Below are positions 10,167 through 19,946 of a stretch of 64,000 nt of DNA, in pieces. The DNA comes from Bryobacterales bacterium (GTDB taxonomy: Bacteria; Acidobacteriota; Terriglobia; Bryobacterales; UBA6623): contig OY729422.1 in the NCBI GenBank assembly GCA_963422305.1, positions 2,792,436 through 2,856,435 of the forward strand, read 5' to 3'. The translations under genes were made by a program, and so were the position numbers. The notes below the pieces were generated by a model. The model saw only the letters and a program-made list of their open reading frames with translations. It had not been told where the DNA came from and did no database searches. Each line of letters starts with the position of its first letter. Position 1 is the first letter of the stretch.

Positions 10167-10955
10167 ATGAAGAGTTCGACGAAGGAAAAAGCGCCGATCA
10201 AGGAGCCGTATACCTCGCAAACCGTGCTTCGCGCGCTCAAGGCGCTCGATGCTCTTGGTCAAGCGCAGGAAGCCCAATCGTTGCAATCGCTTTGCGAGCA
10301 GCTTGGCGTGGCTAAGGCATCGACGTTTCGTCTGATGCATACCCTGGAGGAAGCCGGATATGTCGGGAAGGATGCCGCCGGCGGGTATTTTGCCATGGGT
10401 CGAGGATCGCTGCAGTCCGCCCGGTACCGTCGCCAACTACCCGAGGCGGCGAGCCCTGAAATGCTTCGTCTGAGACGGCGGTTCCGCGAAACGGTCAGCC
10501 TGGCAGCTCTGTTCGACAATCATGTAGAGGTAGTCGAAGTCTTTGAAAGCCCGGAGTTTATGCGCATGAGCAACACCGTTGGACGCATTCTGCCGCCACA
10601 CGCCAGCTCGCTTGGCAAGGCCATCGTCGCGTTTCAAACCGAGCAGCGGCGCGAAACGCTGGTGCGCAGCTACGGAATCTATCGCTACACTGAGCACACC
10701 GTCATCGATGAAAGCGACTTGCAGCAGGAATTCGAAGAGATTCGGCATCGGGGCCACGCAACCGATGCCGAAGAAAACACCAAGGGCGGCCGTTGCTATG
10801 GCGTGCCCCTGCTCGACAGATCGGGCACGGCCTTTGCGGCATTAAGTGTTTCGATGCCGACAAGCCGCCACAAAACCGAAAGCGTGCAACAACGCATCGT
10901 CGAAGCGCTCAAGGAGAGCGCGGAGAATGTCGTTCGGGAGTTTGACTTGACCTAG
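10167..10955 (+). CDS. IclR family transcriptional regulator
   Basis: The ORF spans 10104-10955 (TTG start); ATG at 10167 (MKSSTKEK) is more plausible. TVLRALKALDALG...SLCEQLGVAKASTFRLMHTLEEAGYV is the IclR wHTH. The C-terminal effector domain ends ...GVPLLDRSGTAFAALSVSMP. Confidence 0.85.
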   Translation: MKSSTKEKAPIKEPYTSQTVLRALKALDALGQAQEAQSLQSLCEQLGVAKASTFRLMHTLEEAGYVGKDAAGGYFAMGRGSLQSARYRRQLPEAASPEMLRLRRRFRETVSLAALFDNHVEVVEVFESPEFMRMSNTVGRILPPHASSLGKAIVAFQTEQRRETLVRSYGIYRYTEHTVIDESDLQQEFEEIRHRGHATDAEENTKGGRCYGVPLLDRSGTAFAALSVSMPTSRHKTESVQQRIVEALKESAENVVREFDLT

Positions 10956-10995
10956 GCAAGCGGACGGATGAAGAGGCAAACGCCGGAAATCCTAA

Positions 10996-11024
10996 AAAAT
11001 GAAACTTTTATGCTAAAATGAAAC
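10996..11024. promoter_or_regulatory. Two direct AAAATGAAAC repeats upstream of the DapA-like gene, sharing the ATGAAAC half-site with the 10064-10091 palindrome
   Basis: AAAATGAAAC occurs at 10996-11005 and 11015-11024 in an AT-rich stretch about 70 nt upstream of the 11092 start. The second copy lies inside an imperfect inverted repeat, TGCTAAAATG-AAA-CATTTTGAGCA. Confidence 0.35.
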
Positions 11025-11091
11025 ATTTTGAGCATTTATGTGTGCTTTCGCTGGCTTTACGGACCGGAGCGCCCTGCGTTGAACACTGTGG

Positions 11092-11994
11092 TTGCAAGTG
11101 AATAACGGCCAAATAACATTCCATGCGGCGCTCTTGACCCCGACTACTGCTGGAGGGGCGCTTGATCTGAATGCCTTGAGCCGAAATATCGAGTTTGTGA
11201 TTGGCGCCGGCATTGACGGCGTTTGCGTAAACGGCGTCACCGGCGAGTATCCTCGCTTTACATCCTTAGAAAGGCAGGCGGTCACTGAGAACGCGAGCGC
11301 GCTTTTGAAGGGCCGCGGTCGATTGATCGTCGGTATCGGTGCATCGACGCTCGACGAGTCGGTCGCCCTCGGCCGGCACGCTCTCGACCATGGGGCGGAT
11401 GCTCTGCTGTTGCCCCCGCCGCATTTTTTCCTGTACGAGCCGCAGGATGTCGCCTCTTTCTACTACGAAGCGGCGTCGCGCCTGGACGGCTCGATTCTGA
11501 TCTACAATATCCCGGCGTTTACGAATCCCGTGGCTCCGGAGTGGATTGCGCGGCTGGTCGCGGCGGCGCCCAACATCGTCGGCGCAAAGGACAGCAGCGG
11601 AAGCCTCGAATCTCTGGCCGCGCTCAGAAAACAGCGGGCGGAAGTTCGCTGGATGGGCAACGACTCGAAAATCTCGGCGGCTTTGTCGTCAGGCGCCGCG
11701 AACGGCTTGATTTCCGGCATTGCCGGCGTGTTCCCGGAAGTCGTAGGCGCACTGGTGAGCGCCCATCGAGACGGCAAGGAACATGCGGCCGCAGGCGCGG
11801 TTCTGCTTGAGATCATCGTGCGCATCGAGACTCTCCCGGTTCCCTGGGGACTGAAGCTGCTGGCGCAGTGCCGCGGCCTCGGGGAGGCGCGTTTTGCCTT
11901 GCCGGTCTCGAACGGCCGGCGACAAGAGTTGGCCGCATTGGAAGAATGGTTCGAGCGTTGGTCCGCCGACCGTTGCTTATTGTCGGTCGCATGA
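11092..11994 (+). CDS. Dihydrodipicolinate synthase / N-acetylneuraminate lyase family aldolase
   Basis: 300-aa ORF. GVCVNGVTGEYPRFTSLER, GASTLDESVALGRHA...GADALLLPPP, YNIPAFT, and GAKDSSG (Schiff-base Lys context) are typical of the DHDPS/NAL family. The start codon (TTG 11092 or GTG 11098) is uncertain. Confidence 0.85.
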   Translation: MQVNNGQITFHAALLTPTTAGGALDLNALSRNIEFVIGAGIDGVCVNGVTGEYPRFTSLERQAVTENASALLKGRGRLIVGIGASTLDESVALGRHALDHGADALLLPPPHFFLYEPQDVASFYYEAASRLDGSILIYNIPAFTNPVAPEWIARLVAAAPNIVGAKDSSGSLESLAALRKQRAEVRWMGNDSKISAALSSGAANGLISGIAGVFPEVVGALVSAHRDGKEHAAAGAVLLEIIVRIETLPVPWGLKLLAQCRGLGEARFALPVSNGRRQELAALEEWFERWSADRCLLSVA

Positions 11995-12031
11995 GAATTC
12001 GAAAGATGTTTCAAGAGAGCCGCCAGGGGCA

Positions 12032-13099
12032 ATGATAAGCTCAACCACACGCCGTCAGTTCTTGCGGAGCGGAGCGGCGCCGTCTGTCGCGGCCGCCGCT
12101 GCGGCCTACAGGAAGCCCGCTCGTCCCGCCATCGACTGCCAAAGCCACCTTTTTGTCCCCGAGCTGGTCGAGATGATGGCGAAGCGAAAAACCCCGCCGT
12201 ACTCCTATAAGCAAGACGGCAACATTTACGTCGTCACGGGGCCGCCGGGCGAATGGCGCCGCCGGCTTCGGGACAAACACATGGACGTGGACGCCAAGCT
12301 GGCCGACATGGATGAGGCCGGGATCGAAAGGACGATGATCAGCATCAACGATCCAGGGCCGGAGACGTTCGGAGCGGACGGTCGAGCCGCTGCGCGCATT
12401 TGCAACGACTGGATCGCCGATCTGGGCAAGCGCCGCCCCGGTAGGTTTTTCGGTCTCGCCGTGCTGCCGTTGCAGAACATGAACGCGTCGCTCAAGGAGC
12501 TCGACCGTTGCGTGAACAAGCTGGGGATGAAAGGCATCCTGCTCTATTCGAATCTCGCCGGAAAGTTTCCCGACGAAGAAGAGTTCCGAGAGTTGTTCGC
12601 GGAGGCGGAGCGCCTGGATATTCCGATTCTGTTGCATCCCGCGCACCCGGTGACGTTCGACGCAACCAAGGGTCACGGTATGACGGCGGGGCTGGGTTTG
12701 ATGTTCGACACCACCATCGCGCTTGCCCGTATCATCCTGGCGGGAATCCTGGAGCAGCATCCAAGGCTGAAGCTCGTTTGCCCGCACGCGGGTGGCGCCT
12801 TGCCTTACCTGATCGGCCGCATCGATCACCAGACCCAGGTTCTTAAGCGCGGCGCCGAGCACATCGCGAAGCCTCCGAGTGAATACTTGAGGCGGATATA
12901 TCTCGATGCGGTCTCGCCTGTTTCCACGGCGATTCAATACGGAATCGACTCCGTCGGCGTTGACCGCATGCTCTATTCGAGCGATCATCCATGGGTGGCG
13001 CCGAAAACCATCGCCGGGCATATCCAGAGCCTGGGGTTATCGCCCGAGGACGAGGCGAAAATTTTCGGCGGAAACGCAGAGAAATTGTTCAACCTGTGA
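12032..13099 (+). CDS. Amidohydrolase-2 family protein (ACMSD/LigI-like metal-dependent hydrolase or decarboxylase) with Tat-type leader
   Basis: ATG at 12032 gives [25 protein letters not shown]. Also IDCQSHLF, MDEAGIERTMIS, GFFGLAVLP, ILLHPAHP and SSDHPW, as in PF04909-type enzymes. The longer ORF from 11894 overlaps the previous gene. Confidence 0.8.
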   Translation: MISSTTRRQFLRSGAAPSVAAAAAAYRKPARPAIDCQSHLFVPELVEMMAKRKTPPYSYKQDGNIYVVTGPPGEWRRRLRDKHMDVDAKLADMDEAGIERTMISINDPGPETFGADGRAAARICNDWIADLGKRRPGRFFGLAVLPLQNMNASLKELDRCVNKLGMKGILLYSNLAGKFPDEEEFRELFAEAERLDIPILLHPAHPVTFDATKGHGMTAGLGLMFDTTIALARIILAGILEQHPRLKLVCPHAGGALPYLIGRIDHQTQVLKRGAEHIAKPPSEYLRRIYLDAVSPVSTAIQYGIDSVGVDRMLYSSDHPWVAPKTIAGHIQSLGLSPEDEAKIFGGNAEKLFNL

Positions 13100-14034
13100 A
13101 TCTGACTGCACTAAATCCGACGCGCCGCAACTGGCTGAGCATGGCCGCCGCAGCGGCGTGCTCGTGCAGGCAGTCGGGCCCGGCAGCGGAACCGCGGCCG
13201 TTCCACTTTCGTCTTGCCGTCTGCAACGAAACGTTTCAACGCGCTGACTTTGAGGAAGGTTGCCGCTTGGCCCGCGAAACCGGTTATACAGGTTTTGAAA
13301 TCGCTCCGTGGACGCTTAGCGACGATCCTGCGTCCGTCACTCGGGCCGCCCGCGCGGACTGCCGTCGGGCCATGGCCGAAGAAGGTCTGACCTGTGTCGG
13401 GCTGCACAGTTTACTGACGGCGCCGCCGGGACAGCTCCATATCACTACCCCCGACGACCGGGTTCGCCGCAGGAGTTGGGACTACTTCCGCAAATTGATC
13501 GATCTTTGCGCTGACCTGAGAGGCGACAAACTCATGATCCTGGGCTCGGGCAAACAGCGTGGCTCCGTTGCCGGTTCAAGCGTCGAAGATGCGTTGCAAC
13601 GGCTCGCGGACGGGTTGGCGCACGCTGCGCCCCATGCGGAATCGCGGGGCGTGACGATCTTGCTCGAGACGCTCGCGCCGCACCTCTGCGACGTGATGAC
13701 GACGATGGACGAAACGATAGAGATCGTCCGCCAAATCGACAGCCCGGCTGTGAAGACGATGTTCGACACCCACAACGCCGTTGCCGAAGAGTTGCCTCAC
13801 GACCGCCTCATCAAAAAATACGGGCTGTATATTAAACATGTCCACGTCAACGAAATGGACGGCCGCCGTCCCGGCACAGGTAGCTACGACTTCGCGGCGC
13901 TGATGAAAACGCTTAAAGATATCTACTATCAAGGCCGGCTCTCGCTTGAGATTTTCCATTTCGAGCCGAGCGGCGAGGTTGCCGCCCGCGAGGCCGCGCA
14001 ATTCCTGCACCGGGTCGAGGCCGGACTCTCATAA
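13096..14034 (+). CDS. Xylose-isomerase-like TIM-barrel protein (sugar phosphate isomerase/epimerase family) with RR leader
   Basis: The GTG at 13096 overlaps the previous stop (GTGA). NPTRRNWLSMAAAAACSC leader. GYTGFEIAP, KLMILGSG, ILLETL, HVHVNE and LSLEIF are characteristic AP_endonuc_2/TIM-barrel motifs. The start could alternatively be ATG 13141. Confidence 0.8.
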   Translation: MNLTALNPTRRNWLSMAAAAACSCRQSGPAAEPRPFHFRLAVCNETFQRADFEEGCRLARETGYTGFEIAPWTLSDDPASVTRAARADCRRAMAEEGLTCVGLHSLLTAPPGQLHITTPDDRVRRRSWDYFRKLIDLCADLRGDKLMILGSGKQRGSVAGSSVEDALQRLADGLAHAAPHAESRGVTILLETLAPHLCDVMTTMDETIEIVRQIDSPAVKTMFDTHNAVAEELPHDRLIKKYGLYIKHVHVNEMDGRRPGTGSYDFAALMKTLKDIYYQGRLSLEIFHFEPSGEVAAREAAQFLHRVEAGLS

Positions 14035-14058
14035 ACGCCGCATGGAGGTTCAACTGCA

Positions 14059-15324
14059 GTGAATCGACGCTATTTTTTTGCAGCAGCGGCGACAACGGCC
14101 GCCGGCCGCTTGACGGCCGCGAGCGATAAGGTCAACCTTGCCTTCATCGGGGTAGGCGGGCGCGGGCGCAGCTTGGTCACCAGCTTTGCGAAACTCCCCG
14201 AGGTCAACGTCGCGCATCTCGTTGACGCCGACCAAGCTTCGCTCGAACGCGCCTTCGCCGGACTCCATCAAAACGGAATCGAGCGGCCGCCGGCGAGCAG
14301 CGACATGCGGCGGGCTCTCGACCGCGGCGACATCGACGCCGTCGTGATCGCGACTCCCGATCATTGGCATACGCCGGCCGCATTGCTCGCCTGTGAAGCC
14401 GGTAAGGACGTTTACGTTGAAAAACCCTGCTCCCACAACATTCGCGAAGGGCGGTTACTGGTCAATGCCGCTCGATATCGCAAGCGCATCGTGCAGCACG
14501 GCACGCAGGCACGCAACCGCCCTTCGACCATACGCGCGATCGACTACGTGAAATCGGGAAAGATCGGCAAAGTCCTGATGGCCAAGGCCTGGAATATCCA
14601 GTTGCGCGAGGACATCGGGCACAAGCAGGACGGCCCTGTTCCCGAAGGCGTAGACTACGATACTTGGCTTGGCCCGGCGCCATGGATTCCTTTCAACAAG
14701 AACCGCTTCCACTACAAATGGCATTGGCATTGGCATTTCGGCTCCGGAGATGCGGGAAACGACGGCGCGCACCAACTCGACATCGCCCGCTGGGCGCTGG
14801 GCGTCAGCTATCCGAAGACGATTTCAGGCATGGGACGCAAAGTGTTTTTTAAAGACGATCAACAGACTCCCGACACGATGAACGTCACTTTCGACTACGG
14901 AGACAAGGCGATGATCTGGGAAATGCGCATCTGGACGCCGTACAAAATGGAAGGCGTCGATAACGGGGTCGCCGTTTACGGCGCCGAAGGAATGGTCCAC
15001 ATCGGCCGTTGGAATCGCCGCTGGGGCTTCAAGGTCTTCGATGCGAAGGGCGGGGAAATCATGAACGACTCGGAAACCGAGGACGAGCCGTCCGCTCACG
15101 GGCAGGACTTCATCGACTCGATCAAATCCCGTAAGCTGCCGAACGCCGATATCGGAATCGCGCACTTGTCGGCGATGCACTGCCATTTGGCCAACATCGT
15201 CTCGCGCGTGAACCGCACGCTGCGCTTCGACTCAGAAAGCGAGACCGTTATCGGTGACGTGGAGGCGAATCTCCATGTTCAGCGGCGGTACCGAAGACAC
15301 TGGGGCGCCCCTAGGCATGTTTAG
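14059..15324 (+). CDS. Gfo/Idh/MocA family oxidoreductase with Tat leader
   Basis: MNRRYFFAAAATTAAG leader, FIGVGGRGRS Rossmann motif, ATPDHWH and YVEKP motifs. 421 aa. Confidence 0.9.
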   Translation: MNRRYFFAAAATTAAGRLTAASDKVNLAFIGVGGRGRSLVTSFAKLPEVNVAHLVDADQASLERAFAGLHQNGIERPPASSDMRRALDRGDIDAVVIATPDHWHTPAALLACEAGKDVYVEKPCSHNIREGRLLVNAARYRKRIVQHGTQARNRPSTIRAIDYVKSGKIGKVLMAKAWNIQLREDIGHKQDGPVPEGVDYDTWLGPAPWIPFNKNRFHYKWHWHWHFGSGDAGNDGAHQLDIARWALGVSYPKTISGMGRKVFFKDDQQTPDTMNVTFDYGDKAMIWEMRIWTPYKMEGVDNGVAVYGAEGMVHIGRWNRRWGFKVFDAKGGEIMNDSETEDEPSAHGQDFIDSIKSRKLPNADIGIAHLSAMHCHLANIVSRVNRTLRFDSESETVIGDVEANLHVQRRYRRHWGAPRHV

Positions 15325-15386
15325 CAGTCCGACGGGTTGACGTCCGCCGTATTCTGAGAGCGGAAGCACTCGTTTGGAGATGTCAA

Positions 15387-16178
15387 GTGGAGTTCCAATC
15401 CATTCTCTATGAAATTGAAGATCGTGTCGCGAGGATCACGCTGAATCGTCCGAAGGCGTACAACGCGCTCGACAAGCGGGCTTTTCAGGAATTCTTCGAT
15501 GCGGTCTCCGAGGCAGACGCCGATAAAGATGTGCGGGTCATCGTGATTACGGGCGCCGGCAATGCGTTTTGCGCCGGCGGCGATATCGCGGAGTTTATCG
15601 CGGGTCTCGATCGCTCGAGTTGGCTGTTGAAGCGGATGACGACTTGGGCGCACGGCGCGATGTCGCGTCTGGCCCGCTCGCGGAAGCCGTCGGTAGCAAT
15701 CGTCAACGGAGTCGCCGCCGGCGGCGGACTCGGACTTGCCCTGGGGGCGGATCTGGCCGTCGCAGCTGAGAGCGCCAAGTTCACTTTGGCCTACTCTGAC
15801 CTTGGAGTCAGCCCGGACAACAGCACTTCGTTCTACCTTCCTCGGTTGATAGGCATGCGGCGCGCGATGGAGCTGGTTTTGCTCAACCGCGTGTTGTCCG
15901 CGCAAGAGGCCGTTGCTTGGGGTTTGATCAACCGCGCCGTGCCGGATGACGACCTTGAAGCGGAAGCCGCCGGGATTGTCGCCCGTCTCGCCGACGGCCC
16001 GACTCTCGCCTACGGCGCGACGAAACGGCTGTTTCACCAGAGCTTCAGCAATACCCTCGAAAGCCAGATGGAGTATGAGGTGCAATCGATCGCCGATCTC
16101 AGCGAGACGCCCGATTTCCGCGAGGCCGTGACGGCTTTCAAGGAAAAGCGCAAGCCGGTATTCAAGGGAGTTCGGTAG
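15387..16178 (+). CDS. Enoyl-CoA hydratase/isomerase (crotonase) family protein
   Basis: 263 aa. ITLNRPKAYNAL, VIVITGAGNAFCAGGDI, IVNGVAAGGGLGLAL, and C-terminal DFREAVTAFKEKRKP. Confidence 0.9.
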   Translation: MEFQSILYEIEDRVARITLNRPKAYNALDKRAFQEFFDAVSEADADKDVRVIVITGAGNAFCAGGDIAEFIAGLDRSSWLLKRMTTWAHGAMSRLARSRKPSVAIVNGVAAGGGLGLALGADLAVAAESAKFTLAYSDLGVSPDNSTSFYLPRLIGMRRAMELVLLNRVLSAQEAVAWGLINRAVPDDDLEAEAAGIVARLADGPTLAYGATKRLFHQSFSNTLESQMEYEVQSIADLSETPDFREAVTAFKEKRKPVFKGVR

Positions 16179-16330
16179 AGCTTTGGGTTTCCGTCCGAAT
16201 CCCGTCGCAGCGCGGTATCGGCTCCAGAGCGCGTAACGCCGCCCGCTTACAGTCTGATTTTTTCGTGCCGCCGCGCCCGGCCTACGCTCAGTTTTCAAGA
16301 AAGTCCTGCAACCGCCGGGCAAGTGCGCTT

Positions 16331-16627
16331 TCAGGGGATAACGCTCATGCGCCCTCTCCGGTCTGCAATGCCGGCGCCGGCAAGCGACAAGTCTTGGCAA
16401 AGAAATGACGTCTAGGCAAGATAGGCGCGGCCCTGCAAATCCTCGGCGGTCACGTTTCCGACATCGCCACGCAGGTATCCTTTCGCTCCCCAATTTAGAC
16501 GGTATGCTGCAGCTTTTTTCCGGTTTATATCGTTTGCCAACAGGCGCCGCCAATGCTTGCCTAGACCGGCGCGCACCATCCCGGCCCCGGCAAAAAATTC
16601 ATAGAACGCGGGCTTCGACGGAATCAT
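16331..16627 (-). pseudogene. Decayed DNA (cytosine-5) methyltransferase gene; N-terminal remnant only
   Basis: The 71-aa ORF has motif I (FYEFFAGAGMVRAGLG) and LANDI. Reading through its TAG (16414-16412) in the same frame gives TSFLCQDLSLAGAG. So the conserved W-ASFPCQDLS block carries W->stop and PCQ->LCQ. Another stop follows at 16333-16331. Too little DNA remains before the next gene for the rest of the enzyme. Confidence 0.7.
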
Positions 16628-16876
16628 GAACCCGATGGAACTTCGGCGACGAACGCGCCCACTCGGGCGCCTTGCAGTTTAACACGCCAACCGGTTGCCG
16701 AAGACAGCGGATGAGGACGCGCCGGAGCCTTGGAACGCTCGCTGCATCGTTTTTTGCCAGTCCCGGCCGCTAACGACGCCGTTTCCGGTCCATCTTATGT
16801 TGGCAAAAGACGGTCGACGGTTGGCGTAACGGCTGTGATAAAGTGCGGTTCGAGATATCGTGGCTCAGGTTGGGTA

Positions 16877-17275
16877 ATGGTTCGTTTTATGGTTTTTTTA
16901 GTTTTGTCGGCGGCTGTTGCCGGCAGTTGGCTAGCCGCTCTCGCGTCGGGTGCGGAGACGTTGCAAAGCGCCGTCGCATACTCCGAGGAATCCATCCGTG
17001 CGGGACGGAAGGCGTATCTTCGACTCTGCCAATACTGCCACGGTCAGGACGGCCGTGCGCAGGCGAATCCCGACTTCGACGCGCCCAACCTGCGCAGGCC
17101 GCAAGAGTGGCGGAACGGTACGAGCGATGAGCGTCTTTTCCTGTCGATACGAGACGGGTTCGGACACGAGATGCCTCCGTTTCGGAAAAAACTCGAGGAT
17201 GAGCAGATTTGGCAAATCGTCCATTTTTTGAGAAGCATCGGTCCGGAGAAAAACCGCGGCCGAGCCGGTGAATAG
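16877..17275 (+). CDS. Class I c-type cytochrome, secreted
   Basis: ATG at 16877 gives the signal peptide [26 protein letters not shown]. Haem motif CQYCHG and a distal Met context (GFGHEMPPF). The longer ORF from 16730 has no support. Confidence 0.75.
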   Translation: MVRFMVFLVLSAAVAGSWLAALASGAETLQSAVAYSEESIRAGRKAYLRLCQYCHGQDGRAQANPDFDAPNLRRPQEWRNGTSDERLFLSIRDGFGHEMPPFRKKLEDEQIWQIVHFLRSIGPEKNRGRAGE

Positions 17276-17292
17276 CTGGGGGAGAAAACAAC

Positions 17293-19209
17293 ATGTCGAA
17301 TGCAAATCGAGTGTCGCGGCGCAAGATTCTGGTAGGCGCGGCCGCCGTGCCTGCAGCGGCCGCGGCAGCAACGGAGCGCAACCGTGAAATCCTGGTTCCG
17401 AAAGAAGTGCCGGCGACGCTAAGCGAAGAGCCGCGGCCGGCCGATTTCCCCATGACGGGGGCGCAGGTCTTCGCCAAGGCTTGCAAGGCGGAGGGTCTTG
17501 CGGCGCTGTTCTGCGCACCTGGAAACTATACCGTAATCAATGCCATCGCGTCCGAGGGCATCCCCAGTTACGGCGGCAGGACCGAAGGCATGATGTGCTC
17601 CGCCGCCGACGGGTTTTCGCGCGTGACCGCTGAAGTCGCCGCTGCATCGGGTACCGAAGGCCCCGGTTTCACCAACATGATCATGAATGTCGCCGCTGCC
17701 AACTCGGCTCGCACGCCACTGTTGCTGCTGGCGAGCAATATGACCGTGGGCTTGGACGATACGGAGCAGGCGATCCAGAGAGGGTACCAGCAGCCCACGA
17801 CCGTCGGCCTGAAAAAGTATGGCAAGCGGCTCATCGATCCGTCCCGCGTCCACGAGTACGCCGCCTATGCTTTCCGTCAGTTGAAGACGGGGATACCGCG
17901 GCCGGTACACCTCGACTTTCCGGGCGAGGTTGCGCGGGCGGTTTTCGAGTCTCCCGAGGACCTTGCCTACTTTCACGACTGCGCGAAGTACCGCACCGAA
18001 TCGAAGCCCAACCCCTCGAAGAAAGGCATCGAGCGGGCCGCCGGCATGATCGCCGCATCGCAGCGGCCCATCATCGTTGCCGGCGCCGGCGTTTTTTACA
18101 ACAAGGCTTGGGATGCGTTGAAGACGACGGCCGAAAAGGCCGATATCGCTGTTGTCGAATCCGGCCCCAGCCGCGGCCATTTCGGCGATGGCCACCCGCT
18201 GTCGGCGAATACCGCGCCCGAAGCCTTGCTGAGCGCCGACCTCGTCATTCTCGTAGGACAGTACGTGATGCCGACGATCGGGGAATATGCGTTCGATCCC
18301 GATGCCCGCTACATCCGTATCGACCCCGACCCGGCGGACATCGGCCGTAATCTGCCGATCGACCTCGGGATTGTCAGTTGCGAAAAGGCCGCGCTCGAAG
18401 CGTTGGCCGAGACGCTCAAGAAAGCGGAGAGACCCGCTTGGCGGGACGAGCTGGCCGCCGCCCGCAAGACGTTCGAGGAGCAGAACGACGAGTACTACAA
18501 GCTTGGTCTGCAACACAGCAAGACGGCTCAAGCGGTCCATCCGGCGGTGATCGCCCGTGAGCTTGGAGATTTTCTGTACAATGCCAAGCTCGACCCCAAG
18601 CAAACGATGGTCGTATCCGGTGGTTACGGCATCGCGCGCTACACGCGGCGGTTTCTGAGAGCGTACCGTCCCGGACAAATTTGCAACGGCGCCTATCAGT
18701 ACGGCGCGATCGGCCCGGACGTGGGCTACACGGTCGGCGCCGGAGCCGCGGTCCAACAGGGAGTCGGACCGCAAAAGCCGTACAAGGGGGCGCCGGTCGT
18801 CGCCGTTACCGGCGACGCGGGCTTTGCTTACTCCGGCATGGAGCTCGAAACGCTTTCGAAGTACCGCATCCCCGCGGTCGTGATCGTTTACAACAACAAT
18901 GCCTGGGGCGTCTGGCGCAACGGTCGGACCGGCGGCAGGGGCAACACGGCGCGTGCGCAGCACATGTATCTCTTCCAGGAGAATCTGCGTTACGAGAAAA
19001 TCGGCGAGGCGCTGGGCGGACGCGGCGAGTACGTAACCGCCGCCGCGGAGTTCCGGCCGGCTCTGGAGAGGAGCTACGAAGCCGCGGCATCGCAAGGCGT
19101 CTCCACAGTGATCAACTGCCAGGCGGTCAAGGAGTTCTGGAGCTCGCAGGACTATCCGCCGGGCTTCCTGCAGAAGGTCGAGCCGGGCTGCATGGCCTAC
19201 TACCACTGA
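17293..19209 (+). CDS. Thiamine-diphosphate-dependent enzyme (acetolactate synthase / benzoylformate decarboxylase superfamily) with Tat leader
   Basis: 638 aa. [26 protein letters not shown] leader. GPGFTNM in the N-terminal Pyr domain. ThDP-binding motif [33 protein letters not shown] (GDG...NN). Confidence 0.85.
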   Translation: MSNANRVSRRKILVGAAAVPAAAAAATERNREILVPKEVPATLSEEPRPADFPMTGAQVFAKACKAEGLAALFCAPGNYTVINAIASEGIPSYGGRTEGMMCSAADGFSRVTAEVAAASGTEGPGFTNMIMNVAAANSARTPLLLLASNMTVGLDDTEQAIQRGYQQPTTVGLKKYGKRLIDPSRVHEYAAYAFRQLKTGIPRPVHLDFPGEVARAVFESPEDLAYFHDCAKYRTESKPNPSKKGIERAAGMIAASQRPIIVAGAGVFYNKAWDALKTTAEKADIAVVESGPSRGHFGDGHPLSANTAPEALLSADLVILVGQYVMPTIGEYAFDPDARYIRIDPDPADIGRNLPIDLGIVSCEKAALEALAETLKKAERPAWRDELAAARKTFEEQNDEYYKLGLQHSKTAQAVHPAVIARELGDFLYNAKLDPKQTMVVSGGYGIARYTRRFLRAYRPGQICNGAYQYGAIGPDVGYTVGAGAAVQQGVGPQKPYKGAPVVAVTGDAGFAYSGMELETLSKYRIPAVVIVYNNNAWGVWRNGRTGGRGNTARAQHMYLFQENLRYEKIGEALGGRGEYVTAAAEFRPALERSYEAAASQGVSTVINCQAVKEFWSSQDYPPGFLQKVEPGCMAYYH

Positions 19210-19691
19210 TGGCTGCCGCGGAACGGACGTCCGATGACGTCGAGCGGTCGCTGCGCTGCTACGCTGACCGCGGCGTATTCCGTTCGTTCAGCGCGGCCGA
19301 CGTGCGCGGAGGTAAGCGAAAATTTTCTTTCGAGTACTTGTCCGAGCGGCGCATCGATCTGGTTTTCGATCCGCAGACGGGTTCGTTGACTTTCCCGCGC
19401 CTGCTACCCAACGTCCCAGTCGATTCGCGGATTTACCGCGATCTGAAAGCGTTTGTCCGTTCGCGGACGCTGCCGGACTTTCCCGAGCACCGCCGGATTC
19501 ATCCCGCGCGCGCGGCTGTGAAATGCGCCAACCGCAAGGGATGCGTCACGCTCAAGATCGTTCCGGTAAGCGGAGACGTCGAATACGCCTGCCGCTCGGC
19601 GGTCAAGTTGATCGGCGAAGTTTTTCTGGGATTCCTGAACGGGCCCTACGCGGAATACATGTTCGCCAATTTTGACCGGTCGGAAGAGTAG
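19209..19691 (+). CDS. Hypothetical protein (160 aa), translationally coupled to the ThDP enzyme
   Basis: The ATG at 19209 overlaps the upstream TGA (TGATG). It is the only part of ORF 18681-19691 not overlapping the ThDP gene. No motif recognised. Confidence 0.5.
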   Translation: MAAAERTSDDVERSLRCYADRGVFRSFSAADVRGGKRKFSFEYLSERRIDLVFDPQTGSLTFPRLLPNVPVDSRIYRDLKAFVRSRTLPDFPEHRRIHPARAAVKCANRKGCVTLKIVPVSGDVEYACRSAVKLIGEVFLGFLNGPYAEYMFANFDRSEE

Positions 19692-19946
19692 GCGGCAGTC
19701 CTTAAAGATCGACCGCGAATCCGCGGACAAGCGCTTCGATCGCGGCGTCAAACGCCCTGTCGCTATCCAGATAGTGCTTCCATGCTGCCTCGATGCCATC
19801 GGACGATCAGGCCAATTACGCTCCCACGGGACATGCTTAGGAGCATGGGCAGATTTGCATCGATGTATATCCCGGCTTCTCCACGGCCTCGTGGCCTCCG
19901 GTCTGAAAATAGGCCAAGCCGAGCGAATAGGCCACTCCGATGTGTT

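Noticed and set aside
18681-19691. 336-aa ORF treated as one gene.
   Set aside because: The first 176 codons overlap the ThDP enzyme in another frame and are Arg-rich nonsense. Only the part from ATG 19209 is plausible.
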